Part shown: piece after piece, positions 6,642 to 19,348 of the stretch | Numbering within the stretch: the first letter of the stretch is position 1 | How the letters are laid out: each line of letters opens with the position of its first letter | DNA from: Tubulanus polymorphus | Taxonomy: Eukaryota; Animalia; Nemertea | Direction: 5' to 3' | NCBI RefSeq assembly: GCF_964204645.1 | Contig: NC_134028.1 | Coordinates: 1 to 64,000 of the forward strand | DNA length: 64,000 nucleotides | The notes under the pieces: generated by a model | Seen by the model: only the letters and a program-made list of their open reading frames with translations | The model's database searches: none | What the model was told of the DNA's origin: nothing | Position numbers and translations under genes: made by a program

Positions 6642-8967
6642 ACCGCCTCACTACAACAATTAACTCTCACTACTTTTTTACAGGGATAACCCGCTGCCCG
6701 TGCACTAGTGGGGTCTCCAAACCTTCGGTTTGGTCCCCTAACCTCTATCTCTAAACCTAACCTTAGCCCGTGCCAGGTTTCCCTCGTAAATTATCTTAAC
6801 TGATTAATTATTAATCATCAATCTATTTGCAGAATCATCCTCCGTCGCCTGAAGCAGAAACCCGCTCAGAGACAGAGTACAAAACAAACTCCAAGATCAC
6901 AAGCTCCACAGGAATCATCAACCTTTTATCTTTTAATTAGTTCTCTCTGCTTTACTTTGAAAACTCAATCGAAATTCAGTAAGTAAGAAGACAGACCAAA
7001 TATCAGAAACAGTTAGAAAAATAAACAAAAGCGCGATATCGGGAACCGAACCCTAACCGCTAGTACAGACTGGTTGCCTGTCCCAGGACGATAGAAACCG
7101 GTAACCAGTCCACCGCTATTATCTATTTCGAAAATATGCGTCAGCACTGAGATTATATCATAGAAACACCCGAAAAGTATTAATTAATCTATTATAAATT
7201 TAGAAAGAAAGGGAATCTAGAATAGGTAAGAATATACTCAATTACTAAAACGGCGCGCCTGATCGGGACTCGAACCCGCGGCACCCGAATTAAGCTCCGG
7301 AGAATACTCGGGAACCGTACCCGCCGCTCCGAAATTAACCGCTAGTACTGACGGGTTGCCGGTGCCCCGCGTTAGATACCGGTAACCAGTCCACCGCTCT
7401 TATTTATTTTGAAAATATGCGTCGGCACTAAGATTATATCGTAGAAACATCTGAAAAGTACTATTGTATCCGTCAAAGATTCAGAATTAAAAGGAATCCA
7501 GAATAGGTAAAAAACATTTAGAATAGAACTATTCAATTACTAAACGGCGCCTGGTCGGGACTCGAACCCGCGGCACCCTAATTAACCTCCGTTTAATCTA
7601 TAACGTTCGGTCGGGGACCTAACCCGCTACGTCCTAATTAACTATTATCGTATCTACGCGCCAACTCTTGGAACATACTCTATATAGATCCGGGTGTCAA
7701 GTTTCAAATTTCTCTAAAACAGACAGTTTATTTTCGGATAACAATTCTAATGAGATCGCTCAAAAGTATTAATAGCTATATTCAAAAACCGCACTATAGG
7801 TTGTAGAAGTATAAGAAGTTTATAGGATAAATAATAGTCCACGGACATCAATCACTGTTTACAAGTCACTCATAATTAGTGACCGATCGGCCACCTGCGC
7901 CTCTTGACTAATTATCCGACTCAATTCTATACAAAATCGCAGTTACGACGCCTTCAAACTCATCGGTTTTTCTCAAAGAACACAGCCCAATATTCCCGAT
8001 TCAAAAAGAGTTTTATATCCCGTATATATTTCAACCTTCGGATTAAAGAAGAGATCATAGTGTTTTTGAACCACTCAAACTACGCAAGCTTAAACCGATT
8101 TACTGAATACCCGCGCTCCGGTCTGAATATATTTGTCACATGTTCAAGTTCACATAGCTTTACTCGATCCTAATAACTCTAAATAAGCGTAGTTTATCTA
8201 ATAGAATTATATTTAAGAACTTAGAATTAAAACAGACGTATTAGTAAGACATTTCTATCAAAACTCGTCACCCATAATTAGGGCTAATTAACCACCCGCG
8301 CTCACTCAGTAATTTAGATCTTACGGGTTATAACTTCCTACTAAATCGCCGACGCCGCGCTGTCTAATTCATCCAATTTTCGGTAGAATACCGCGTAGAT
8401 ATTTCAAAATCCGCTCTTAAAAGCTTTAGAATACGGAGAAAACTTGATTAACTAAGAACCGGATTTCACCATTTACGACTATTTAGTAAACACGCGTATA
8501 TCGGAATACGCCTCGGCCGCGCACCGCTAATTAACGCGTCTAAACTAATTAGGAATTAAGCAATTTTGAAACTGAACTCGGACATATTTCGAACATTCCG
8601 GTTCACGTATATTAATAATACATATTCTAGATTTCTCTTTATAGAAAACACTTTGAGTATTTATTAGGTTATATCGAAATAAACTTTTCAATTCTATATT
8701 AGACACGCCGTTCTTTAGATCTTTAGAACTATACATCAAAGCAAACTATTCAACAGCTAGATCAAGGGCCATAATTAGTGCTGTTTTCTAGTCACTCTGG
8801 ATCAAAGGCATAATTAGTCAGACCCCTAGTTTGTCTATTAGCTTGATCACAGAAGTACAATTAGTCTAGATCACAAGGTCTCATATGGTCACTTAACTTC
8901 TAACTCGAATACTGTTCACTTGTTGCGCGCTGCGTGTATAAAAACCCGTGTCTAATCCTAGTTCAGC

Positions 8968-10539
8968 ATGATTCCTGCACTGACACTGACGAAGGCAACC
9001 TCGCCGAAATATCTGTCAATGGAGCGATCTACTCGAAAGAAGAAACGACCACCAGCTGAGAAGACCAGCAAGGGCGGAGGACGCCCTGAGCGACACCAGC
9101 AACCCGGGATGTCGCCGAAAACCTATTATAGAGCTCTTCAAGTGGCGCACCACCTTGCCCAGTTGAGCTCTGGTCCGAAAGCGATTCGGAGGAAGAAGGA
9201 CCATCTGAAGATGTTCCTGCGGCCGGCGGCTTGCACCGAAGCAGTAACGGTGCAGCTGCACGCTGCCGCGGACGTCTGGATGGAGACAGTTTCGAAAGAG
9301 CTGACCATCCATTACGCTGCCACATTTGTTGAGCTAATGGGTGATCCTCTGCCGGACTGTCTATCAGCACAGGATGTCGCCCTGACATGGGCCCGGAGGA
9401 ATTTCGGCTCCCGTCTGAGCCCCGGAACGATCCGGCTTTTCAACATCGCGCTGGATTTGCGGTCGAAATTCCGCGGTCAGGCTCTGTCTGACAAACTCAG
9501 AAATGTCCTATCTAACCCACCTTCTTCCCCTTCTCATTTCAGGTCACACCACCAGGAGGCACCCACGGAGCCGAAGATTCGTCCGCCGCCGAGACCGAGC
9601 CGGAAGATTCGAAAGCCCGCGACGCCGAGGACGCCTGCACCAACCGCAGTCGCGCCCGCCGCGCCCACAGCGCCTCCTTCTTTTTCTGATTCCAGGTCAC
9701 CGAGAAGCTACGCGGATGTCACCAGGACGCCACCAACCAGAATGGCGCCACCACCGAGAAGTCCGATGCCGACGCCGCCGCCGCCGCCACCAAGAAGTCC
9801 GACGCCACCGAGAAGTCCGACGCCGCCGCCTCGAAACCCGACGCCGCCGCCGCCGCCGCCGCCGCAGAGAACGCCGACCGCACCAACCAGCAGTCCGACG
9901 CCGTCTCTCTCTTCTTCTCTTTCCAGCTCTCCGTCTCATTACAGGTCACCAGGGCGCCTACTGCCAGCGCGAAGTCCGACGCCTACACCGAGACCGATGG
10001 CGCCCCAGGAAGTTCGCCGTCATCCGAATACGGGTCGGAAGAAACAGGATTGGAGTCTGCCACCAACCCGGCGACCCATTCTGGTGATTGGTGACTCAAA
10101 TCTGAGTAACATCACATCAAGCCGCCGTCCGGATGACGTCCAGATCGAGAGCTTCCCCGGCTGCAAGATAGCTCATCTCGCCGACCTGATCGATGCTGTA
10201 CCGGAGCGCCGAGATCGCCCGGATACGGTGATCATCAGCGTCGGAATCAACAACCGCGACAACAACTTCGAAGCGACCGCCAAGAAGACCACACAGCGCC
10301 TGATCAACGCCGCAGTCAAGAAGTATCAGCACTCGTTCGTCCACTTCGTTCAACTCAACACGACCCGCGAACACCAGCAGTTCGCCCGGAAGTTCAACGA
10401 ATTCCTCGAGATTCACGACGACGTCACCGCGATACCACCCATCGATGATCGACGCTTCAGAGTTGTTGGAGACGGGATCCACTGGAACCGTGGTACAGCT
10501 AACACCCTGCTGGACCACTGGCTCAGTGGTTTAAACTAA
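8968..10539 (+). CDS. Family A ORF1 (SGNH esterase-containing)
   Basis: Identical protein to 2614-4185. Confidence 0.9.
   Translation: MIPALTLTKATSPKYLSMERSTRKKKRPPAEKTSKGGGRPERHQQPGMSPKTYYRALQVAHHLAQLSSGPKAIRRKKDHLKMFLRPAACTEAVTVQLHAAADVWMETVSKELTIHYAATFVELMGDPLPDCLSAQDVALTWARRNFGSRLSPGTIRLFNIALDLRSKFRGQALSDKLRNVLSNPPSSPSHFRSHHQEAPTEPKIRPPPRPSRKIRKPATPRTPAPTAVAPAAPTAPPSFSDSRSPRSYADVTRTPPTRMAPPPRSPMPTPPPPPPRSPTPPRSPTPPPRNPTPPPPPPPQRTPTAPTSSPTPSLSSSLSSSPSHYRSPGRLLPARSPTPTPRPMAPQEVRRHPNTGRKKQDWSLPPTRRPILVIGDSNLSNITSSRRPDDVQIESFPGCKIAHLADLIDAVPERRDRPDTVIISVGINNRDNNFEATAKKTTQRLINAAVKKYQHSFVHFVQLNTTREHQQFARKFNEFLEIHDDVTAIPPIDDRRFRVVGDGIHWNRGTANTLLDHWLSGLN
8981..9018 (+). ncRNA. Minimal hammerhead ribozyme, family A
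   Basis: Same sequence as 2627-2664. Confidence 0.85.
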
Positions 10540-12995
10540 GTATTAGTGAGACCAACGGGTCCACTATTGGTGAGTTAAATCAACCGGAATTAACCAATGC
10601 TTCTCTGATTTCTTCCATTTCCAGGTCCGACGAACACGAAGAACCGGCACCAAACCAAGCGCGACGCGATCCGGTCACCGCTCTCGGGAGCCCGGTGGTC
10701 AACCTCACACGTTCACTCCGCCTAAGTCCGGCGCAACATCAGCTACTCCGAAAGGGCCTCACTTATTGCCCGACTCCAAAAATCGGTTCTGATGCCGCCG
10801 CGACCGAGCGCACCAAGGGAGTGTGCCGATTCAACCGGCTAGTGAAACTCGACCATCACTTCCGAGACAAACCGGACCGCGAGGCTCCGCGTTTCCGTCT
10901 GCCCAGCAGTTGGGCTCCGGATGAAATAGAACCAGTAATCGCCGGGTTCTGCAACGACGCGCACGAATTGGCTCAACAAACCAGGGATACGCGTCGCGTA
11001 AATGATAACCTCACTAAACAGGAACGCGAAGCCCTCCAGCAGCTGCGTGACAACACTAATATTGTCATCAAAGCCGCCGATAAGGGTTCCGCTACGGTTA
11101 TCATGGACCGCGACGACTACGTCCACGAAGCCATGCGCCAACTAGCCGATCTCGAGTATTATCAGCCGCTGCAGCAACCGATCTTCGAACAGACCGGGGA
11201 AGAAATTCGCGAAATCATCGAAAATATGGCTCGACGAAAAATCATCCCGCTAAAAACCGCCGAATATCTATTACCGCCCGATAATCCGAAACAGAGGCAG
11301 TTCTATCTGCTTCCCAAAATCCATAAAGAACGCGAGAAGTGGACGATACCCGATCGCGTACCGCCGGGGAGACCGATCGTCTCCGACTGCGGCTCCGAAA
11401 CCTACGAAATTTCGGAATGGATCGACTACTATTTGCAGCCGATCGCCCGCGGTCACCCGTCGTACGTCAAAGATACCAACCACTTTCTAGATATTTTGGC
11501 CGGTAAACAATTTAGCGCCGATGCGTTACTCGTCACCATGGACATCGATTCGCTCTACACCAACATCCCCCACGAAGAGGGTATCGCCAGCATCCGACAA
11601 GCTCTCCGAGATAACCCGAACCCGGGACGCCCGGATGCCGAGCTGCTGAAACTACTCGAAATCAGCCTGAAGAAAAATGACTTTAACTTTAACGAAAACA
11701 CATATTTACAGGTAAAAGGTACCGCAATGGGTAAGCGTTTTGCTCCTTCTTATGCCAATATCTTTGTAGCCGAATGGGAAAAAGAAGGTCTGTCCAGAAG
11801 CGAACTCCAACCATCGCTATACGCTCGGTTCATCGACGACATCTACATAGTTTGGGAACACGGCCGCGAAACGTTGATGCAATTCATCGACGTCCTACAA
11901 ACAGTGAGCCGATCCATCAAACTCAAGTTCGAAATCAGCGACACCAGCGTCAACTTCCTGGACGTAACCACTTTCAAAGGCCCGCGATTCGAGACAAGTG
12001 GCACAGTAGACACCAAAGTCTACTTCAAACCAACCGATTCGCATCAATTACTACATCGATCCTCGTTTCACCCTAAACACACATTTTCCGGTATAGTTAA
12101 AAGTCAAATTCTCCGGTTCCGGCGCATCTGCAATAACGATTCGGACTTACACGCAGCGTCCGGAACCGTCCTTAAAGTACTCAGAGGTCGTGGCTACAAA
12201 GACCGCGAACTGCGACACATCAAAAGCCAAGCTCTACGGCACCACGCCGAACGAGATCTACGAGAACAACAACGGGCCGACGAACCGCCGAAAAAGCGTT
12301 TACCGCTTATCTTACCTCACTCCGAAGCCAACCGAACCCTAGCCCGTAACATCCGAACCAGATTTACGGAACTGGCTACGGCCACCGGCCGGTCTGACGA
12401 GGTAACCACGGTCACCGCCTACACCAAGCACAAGAGTCTCAAAGATCTCCTAACTTCGTCGCAGCTCAAACCCACGGAGCCACCCCCTCCCCGAGTCCCC
12501 TCTTCACCGCATCGTAACAGAAATACTTCCGTTGTTTCCAATTCTTCTATTTCCAGGTCTACTCAAAGAACTCCGTCAACCCGACGTCGAGGCACCGAGA
12601 AATGCAGAACACCGAGATGTCGTACGTGTCCACTCGTCCGAGAAACAACCGTTTGCCGCAGCCACAACAAAATGCACGCGATCCGCAGCACAATTAATTG
12701 CGCGACCCGTGAAATTGTATACTGCATCGAATGCACCAAGTGCAACATGCTGTACGTCGGCCAAACCGGAATGTCTCTACGAGAACGCGTCACTCATCAC
12801 GTCTCACGCATCAGAACGAAGAATTCGACTCCAGTCTCGGACCACTTCAACCAAGTCGACCACACCCGCGAACACTTTCGGGTGTACGGTCTCCAACACC
12901 TACCAGGCTCCACGAGACCGATCCGCGAAGCAGCCGAACAAGACTGGATACGACGACTCGACACGAACACGCCCCGAGGCATGAACGTCCCGTAG
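10530..12995 (+). CDS. Family A ORF2 RT + GIY-YIG
   Basis: Identical protein to previous copy (track start 10695). Confidence 0.95.
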   Translation, partial: FKLSISETNGSTIGELNQPELTNASLISSISRSDEHEEPAPNQARRDPVTALGSPVVNLTRSLRLSPAQHQLLRKGLTYCPTPKIGSDAAATERTKGVCRFNRLVKLDHHFRDKPDREAPRFRLPSSWAPDEIEPVIAGFCNDAHELAQQTRDTRRVNDNLTKQEREALQQLRDNTNIVIKAADKGSATVIMDRDDYVHEAMRQLADLEYYQPLQQPIFEQTGEEIREIIENMARRKIIPLKTAEYLLPPDNPKQRQFYLLPKIHKEREKWTIPDRVPPGRPIVSDCGSETYEISEWIDYYLQPIARGHPSYVKDTNHFLDILAGKQFSADALLVTMDIDSLYTNIPHEEGIASIRQALRDNPNPGRPDAELLKLLEISLKKNDFNFNENTYLQVKGTAMGKRFAPSYANIFVAEWEKEGLSRSELQPSLYARFIDDIYIVWEHGRETLMQFIDVLQTVSRSIKLKFEISDTSVNFLDVTTFKGPRFETSGTVDTKVYFKPTDSHQLLHRSSFHPKHTFSGIVKSQILRFRRICNNDSDLHAASGTVLKVLRGRGYKDRELRHIKSQALRHHAERDLREQQRADEPPKKRLPLILPHSEANRTLARNIRTRFTELATATGRSDEVTTVTAYTKHKSLKDLLTSSQLKPTEPPPPRVPSSPHRNRNTSVVSNSSISRSTQRTPSTRRRGTEKCRTPRCRTCPLVRETTVCRSHNKMHAIRSTINCATREIVYCIECTKCNMLYVGQTGMSLRERVTHHVSRIRTKNSTPVSDHFNQVDHTREHFRVYGLQHLPGSTRPIREAAEQDWIRRLDTNTPRGMNVP

Positions 12996-15317
12996 ACCGC
13001 CTCACTACAACAATTAACTCTCACTACTTTTTTACAGGGATAACCCGCTGCCCGTGCACTAGTGGGGTCTCCAAACCTTCGGTTTGGTCCCCTAACCTCT
13101 ATCTCTAAACCTAACCTTAGCCCGTGCCAGGTTTCCCTCGTAAATTATCTTAACTGATTAATTATTAATCATCAATCTATTTGCAGAATCATCCTCCGTC
13201 GCCTGAAGCAGAAACCCGCTCAGAGACAGAGTACAAAACAAACTCCAAGATCACAAGCTCCACAGGAATCATCAACCTTTTATCTTTTAATTAGTTCTCT
13301 CTGCTTTACTTTGAAAACTCAATCGAAATTCAGTAAGTAAGAAGACAGACCAAATATCAGAAACAGTTAGAAAAATAAACAAAAGCGCGATATCGGGAAC
13401 CGAACCCTAACCGCTAGTACAGACTGGTTGCCTGTCCCAGGACGATAGAAACCGGTAACCAGTCCACCGCTATTATCTATTTCGAAAATATGCGTCAGCA
13501 CTGAGATTATATCATAGAAACACCCGAAAAGTATTAATTAATCTATTATAAATTTAGAAAGAAAGGGAATCTAGAATAGGTAAGAATATACTCAATTACT
13601 AAAACGGCGCGCCTGATCGGGACTCGAACCCGCGGCACCCGAATTAAGCTCCGGAGAATACTCGGGAACCGTACCCGCCGCTCCGAAATTAACCGCTAGT
13701 ACTGACGGGTTGCCGGTGCCCCGCGTTAGATACCGGTAACCAGTCCACCGCTCTTATTTATTTTGAAAATATGCGTCGGCACTAAGATTATATCGTAGAA
13801 ACATCTGAAAAGTACTATTGTATCCGTCAAAGATTCAGAATTAAAAGGAATCCAGAATAGGTAAAAAACATTTAGAATAGAACTATTCAATTACTAAACG
13901 GCGCCTGGTCGGGACTCGAACCCGCGGCACCCTAATTAACCTCCGTTTAATCTATAACGTTCGGTCGGGGACCTAACCCGCTACGTCCTAATTAACTATT
14001 ATCGTATCTACGCGCCAACTCTTGGAACATACTCTATATAGATCCGGGTGTCAAGTTTCAAATTTCTCTAAAACAGACAGTTTATTTTCGGATAACAATT
14101 CTAATGAGATCGCTCAAAAGTATTAATAGCTATATTCAAAAACCGCACTATAGGTTGTAGAAGTATAAGAAGTTTATAGGATAAATAATAGTCCACGGAC
14201 ATCAATCACTGTTTACAAGTCACTCATAATTAGTGACCGATCGGCCACCTGCGCCTCTTGACTAATTATCCGACTCAATTCTATACAAAATCGCAGTTAC
14301 GACGCCTTCAAACTCATCGGTTTTTCTCAAAGAACACAGCCCAATATTCCCGATTCAAAAAGAGTTTTATATCCCGTATATATTTCAACCTTCGGATTAA
14401 AGAAGAGATCATAGTGTTTTTGAACCACTCAAACTACGCAAGCTTAAACCGATTTACTGAATACCCGCGCTCCGGTCTGAATATATTTGTCACATGTTCA
14501 AGTTCACATAGCTTTACTCGATCCTAATAACTCTAAATAAGCGTAGTTTATCTAATAGAATTATATTTAAGAACTTAGAATTAAAACAGACGTATTAGTA
14601 AGACATTTCTATCAAAACTCGTCACCCATAATTAGGGCTAATTAACCACCCGCGCTCACTCAGTAATTTAGATCTTACGGGTTATAACTTCCTACTAAAT
14701 CGCCGACGCCGCGCTGTCTAATTCATCCAATTTTCGGTAGAATACCGCGTAGATATTTCAAAATCCGCTCTTAAAAGCTTTAGAATACGGAGAAAACTTG
14801 ATTAACTAAGAACCGGATTTCACCATTTACGACTATTTAGTAAACACGCGTATATCGGAATACGCCTCGGCCGCGCACCGCTAATTAACGCGTCTAAACT
14901 AATTAGGAATTAAGCAATTTTGAAACTGAACTCGGACATATTTCGAACATTCCGGTTCACGTATATTAATAATACATATTCTAGATTTCTCTTTATAGAA
15001 AACACTTTGAGTATTAGGTTATATCGAAATAAACTTTTCAATTCTATATTAGACACGCCGTTCTTTAGATCTTTAGAACTATACATCAAAGCAAACTATT
15101 CAACAGCTAGATCAAGGGCCATAATTAGTGCTGTTTTCTAGTCACTCTGGATCAAAGGCATAATTAGTCAGACCCCTAGTTTGTCTATTAGCTTGATCAC
15201 AGAAGTACAATTAGTCTAGATCACAAGGTCTCATATGGTCACTTAACTTCTAACTCAAATACTGTTCACTTGTTGCGCGCTGCGTGTATAAAAACCCGTG
15301 TCTAATCCTAGTTCAGC

Positions 15318-16892
15318 ATGATTCCTGCACTGACACTGACGAAGGCAACCTCGCCGAAATATCTGTCAATGGAGCGATCTACTCGAAAGAAGAAACGACC
15401 ACCAGCTGAGAATACCAGCAAGGGCGGAGGACGCCCTGAGCGACACCAGCAACCCGGGATGTCGCCGAAAAATTACTATAGAGCTCTTCAAGTGGCGCAC
15501 CACCTTGCCCAGTTGAGCTCTGGTCCGAAAGCGATTCGGAGGAAGAAGGACCATCTGAAGATGTTCCTGCGGCCGGCGGCTTGCACCGAAGCAGTAACGG
15601 TGCAGCTGCACGCTGCCGCGGACGTCTGGATGGAGACAGTTTCGAAAGAGCTGACCATCCATTACGCTGCCACATTTGTTGAGCTAATGGGTGATCCTCT
15701 GCCGGACTGTCTATCAGCACAGGATGTCGCCCTGACATGGGCCCGGAGGAATTTCGGCTCCCGTCTGAGCCCCGGAACGATCCGGCTTTTCAACATCGCG
15801 CTGGATTTGCGGTCGAAATTCCGCGGTCAGGCTCTGTCTGACAAACTCAGAAATGTCCTATCTAACCCACCTTCTTCCCCTTCTCATTTCAGGTCACACC
15901 ACCAGGAGGCACCCACGGAGCCGAAGATTCGTCCGCCGCCGAGACCGAGCCGGAAGATTCGAAAGCCCGCGACGCCGAGGACGCCTGCACCAACCGCAGC
16001 CGCGCCCGCCGCGCCCGCCGCGCCCACAGCGCCTCCTTCTTTTTCTGATTCCAGGTCACCGAGAAGCTACGCGGATGTCACCAGGACGCCACCAACCAGA
16101 ATGGCGCCACCACCGAGTAGCCCGATGCCGACGCCGCCGCCGCCGCCACCAAGAAGTCCGACGCCACCGAGAAGTCCGACGCCGCCGCCTCGAAACCCGA
16201 CGCCGCCGCCGCCGCCGCAGAGAACGCCGACCGCACCAACCAGCAGTCCGACGCCGTCTCTCTCTTCTTCTCTTTCCAGCTCTCCGTCTCATTACAGGTC
16301 ACCAAGGCGCCTACTGCCAGCGCGAAGTCCGACGCCAACACCGAGACCGATGGCGCCCCAGGAAGTTCGCCGTCATCCGAAGACGGGTCGGAAGAAACAG
16401 GATTGGAGTCTGCCACCAACCCGGCGACCCATTCTGGTGATTGGTGACTCAAATCTGAGTAACATCACATCAAGCCGCCGTCCGGATGACGTCCAGATCG
16501 AGAGCTTCCCCGGCTGCAAGATAGCTCATCTCGCCGACCTGATCGATGCTGTACCGGAGCGCCGAGATCGCCCGGATACGGTGATCATCAGCGTCGGAAT
16601 CAACAACCGCGACAACAACTTCGAAGCGACCGCCAAGAAGACCACACAGCGCCTGATCAACGCCGCAGTCAAGAAGTATCAGCACTCGTTCGTCCACTTC
16701 GTTCAACTCAACACGACCCGCGAACACCAGCAGTTCGCCCGGAAGTTCAACGAATTCCTCGAGATTCACGACGACGTCACCGCGATACCACCCATCGATG
16801 ATCGACGCTTCAGAGTTGTTGGAGACGGGATCCACTGGAACCGTGGTACAGCTAACACCCTGCTGGACCACTGGCTCAGTGGTTTAAACTAA
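15318..16892 (+). CDS. Family A ORF1 (524 aa variant)
   Basis: Same motifs; in-frame indels in the Pro-rich linker. Confidence 0.9.
   Translation: MIPALTLTKATSPKYLSMERSTRKKKRPPAENTSKGGGRPERHQQPGMSPKNYYRALQVAHHLAQLSSGPKAIRRKKDHLKMFLRPAACTEAVTVQLHAAADVWMETVSKELTIHYAATFVELMGDPLPDCLSAQDVALTWARRNFGSRLSPGTIRLFNIALDLRSKFRGQALSDKLRNVLSNPPSSPSHFRSHHQEAPTEPKIRPPPRPSRKIRKPATPRTPAPTAAAPAAPAAPTAPPSFSDSRSPRSYADVTRTPPTRMAPPPSSPMPTPPPPPPRSPTPPRSPTPPPRNPTPPPPPQRTPTAPTSSPTPSLSSSLSSSPSHYRSPRRLLPARSPTPTPRPMAPQEVRRHPKTGRKKQDWSLPPTRRPILVIGDSNLSNITSSRRPDDVQIESFPGCKIAHLADLIDAVPERRDRPDTVIISVGINNRDNNFEATAKKTTQRLINAAVKKYQHSFVHFVQLNTTREHQQFARKFNEFLEIHDDVTAIPPIDDRRFRVVGDGIHWNRGTANTLLDHWLSGLN
15331..15368 (+). ncRNA. Minimal hammerhead ribozyme, family A
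   Basis: Same sequence as 2627-2664. Confidence 0.85.
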
Positions 16893-19348
16893 GTATTAGT
16901 GAGACCAACGGGTCCACTATTGGTGAGTTAAATCAACCGGAATTAACCAATGCTTCTCTGATTTCTTCCATTTCCAGGTCCGACGAACACGAAGAACCGG
17001 CACCAAACCAAGCGCGACGCGATCCGGTCACCGCTCTCGGGAGCCCGGTGGTCAACCTCACACGTTCACTCCGCCTAAGTCCGGCGCAACATCAGCTACT
17101 CCGAAAGGGCCTCACTTATTGCCCGACTCCAAAAATCGGTTCTGATGCCGCCGCGACCGAGCGCACCAAGGGAGTGTGCCGATTCAACCGGCTAGTGAAA
17201 CTCGACCATCACTTCCGAGACAAACCGGACCGCGAGGCTCCGCGTTTCCGTCTGCCCAGCAGTTGGGCTCCGGATGAAATAGAACCAGTAATCGCCGGGT
17301 TCTGCAACGACGCGCACGAATTGGCTCAACAAACCAGGGATACGCGTCGCGTAAATGATAACCTCACTAAACAGGAACGCGAAGCCCTCCAGCAGCTGCG
17401 TGACAACACTAATATTGTCATCAAAGCCGCCGATAAGGGTTCCGCTACGGTTATCATGGACCGCGACGACTACGTCCTCGAAGCCATGCGCCAACTAGCC
17501 GATCTCGAGTATTATCAGCCGCTGCAGCAACCGATCTTCGAACAGACCGGGGAAGAAATTCGCGAAATCATCGAAAATATGGCTCGACGAAAAATCATCC
17601 CGCTAAAAACCGCCGAATATCTATTACCGCCCGATAATCCGAAGCAGAGGCAGTTCTATCTGCTTCCCAAAATCCATAAAGAACGCGAGAAGTGGACGGT
17701 ACCCGATCGCGTACCGCCGGGGAGACCGATTGTCTCCGACTGCGGCTCCGAAACCTACGAAATTTCGGAATGGATCGACTACTATTTGCAGCCGATCGCC
17801 CGCGGTCACCCGTCGTACGTCAAAGATACCAACCACTTTCTAGATATTTTGGCCGGTAAACAATTTAGCGCCGATGCGTTACTCGTCACCATGGACATCG
17901 ATTCGCTCTACACCAACATCCCCCACGAAGAGGGTATCGCCAGCATCCGACAAGCTCTCCGAGATAACCCGAACCCGGGACGCCCGGATGCCGAGCTGCT
18001 GAAACTACTCGAAATCAGCCTGAAGAAAAATGACTTTAACTTTAACGAAAACACATATTTACAGGTAAAAGGTACCGCAATGGGTAAGCGTTTTGCTCCT
18101 TCTTATGCCAATATCTTTGTAGCCGAATGGGAAAAAGAAGGTCTGTCCAGAAGCGAACTCCAACCATCGCTATACGCTCGGTTCATCGACGACATCTACA
18201 TAGTTTGGGAACACGGCCGCGAAACGTTGATGCAATTCATCGACGTCCTACAAACAGTGAGCCGATCCATCAAACTTAAATTCGAAATCAGCGACACCAG
18301 CGTCAACTTCCTGGACGTAACCACTTTCAAAGGCCCGCGATTCGAGACAAGTGGCACAGTAGACACCAAAGTCTACTTCAAACCAACCGATTCGCATCAA
18401 TTACTACATCGATCCTCGTTTCACCCTAAACACACATTTTCCGGTATAGTTAAAAGTCAAATTCTCCGGTTCCGGCGCATCTGCAATAACGATTCGGACT
18501 TACACGCAGCGTCCGGAACCGTCCTTAAAGTACTCAGAGGTCGTGGCTACAAAGACCGCGAACTGCGACACATCAAAAGCCAAGCTCTACGGCACCACGC
18601 CGAACGAGATCTACGAGAACAACAACGGGCCGACGAACCGCCGAAAAAGCGTTTACCGCTTATCTTACCTCACTCCGAAGCCAACCGAACCCTAGCCCGT
18701 AACATCCGAACCAGATTTACGGAACTGGCTACGGCCACCGGCCGGTCTGACGAGGTAACCACGGTCACCGCCTACACCAAGCACAAGAGTCTCAAAGATC
18801 TCCTAACTTCGTCGCAGCTCAAACCCACGGAGCCACCCCCTCCCCGAGTCCCCTCTTCACCGCATCGTAACAGAAATACTTCCGTTGTTTCCAATTCTTC
18901 TATTTCCAGGTCTACTCAAAGAACTCCGTCAACCCGACGTCGAGGCACCGAGAAATGCAGAACACCGAGATGTCGTACGTGTCCACTCGTCCGAGAAACA
19001 ACCGTTTGCCGCAGCCACAACAAAATGCACGCGATCCGCAGCACAATTAATTGCGCGACCCGTGAAATTGTATACTGCATCGAATGCACCAAGTGCAACA
19101 TGCTGTACGTCGGCCAAACCGGAATGTCTCTACGAGAACGCGTCACTCATCACGTCTCACGCATCAGAACGAAGAATTCGACTCCAGTCTCGGACCACTT
19201 CAACCAAGTCGACCACACCCGCGAACACTTTCGGGTGTACGGTCTCCAACACCTACCAGGCTCCACGAGACCGATCCGCGAAGCAGCCGAACAAGACTGG
19301 ATACGACGACTCGACACGAACACGCCCCGAGGCATGAACGTCCCGTAG
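16883..19348 (+). CDS. Family A ORF2 RT + GIY-YIG
   Basis: Intact, two amino acid changes vs first copy (track start 17048). Confidence 0.95.
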   Translation, partial: FKLSISETNGSTIGELNQPELTNASLISSISRSDEHEEPAPNQARRDPVTALGSPVVNLTRSLRLSPAQHQLLRKGLTYCPTPKIGSDAAATERTKGVCRFNRLVKLDHHFRDKPDREAPRFRLPSSWAPDEIEPVIAGFCNDAHELAQQTRDTRRVNDNLTKQEREALQQLRDNTNIVIKAADKGSATVIMDRDDYVLEAMRQLADLEYYQPLQQPIFEQTGEEIREIIENMARRKIIPLKTAEYLLPPDNPKQRQFYLLPKIHKEREKWTVPDRVPPGRPIVSDCGSETYEISEWIDYYLQPIARGHPSYVKDTNHFLDILAGKQFSADALLVTMDIDSLYTNIPHEEGIASIRQALRDNPNPGRPDAELLKLLEISLKKNDFNFNENTYLQVKGTAMGKRFAPSYANIFVAEWEKEGLSRSELQPSLYARFIDDIYIVWEHGRETLMQFIDVLQTVSRSIKLKFEISDTSVNFLDVTTFKGPRFETSGTVDTKVYFKPTDSHQLLHRSSFHPKHTFSGIVKSQILRFRRICNNDSDLHAASGTVLKVLRGRGYKDRELRHIKSQALRHHAERDLREQQRADEPPKKRLPLILPHSEANRTLARNIRTRFTELATATGRSDEVTTVTAYTKHKSLKDLLTSSQLKPTEPPPPRVPSSPHRNRNTSVVSNSSISRSTQRTPSTRRRGTEKCRTPRCRTCPLVRETTVCRSHNKMHAIRSTINCATREIVYCIECTKCNMLYVGQTGMSLRERVTHHVSRIRTKNSTPVSDHFNQVDHTREHFRVYGLQHLPGSTRPIREAAEQDWIRRLDTNTPRGMNVP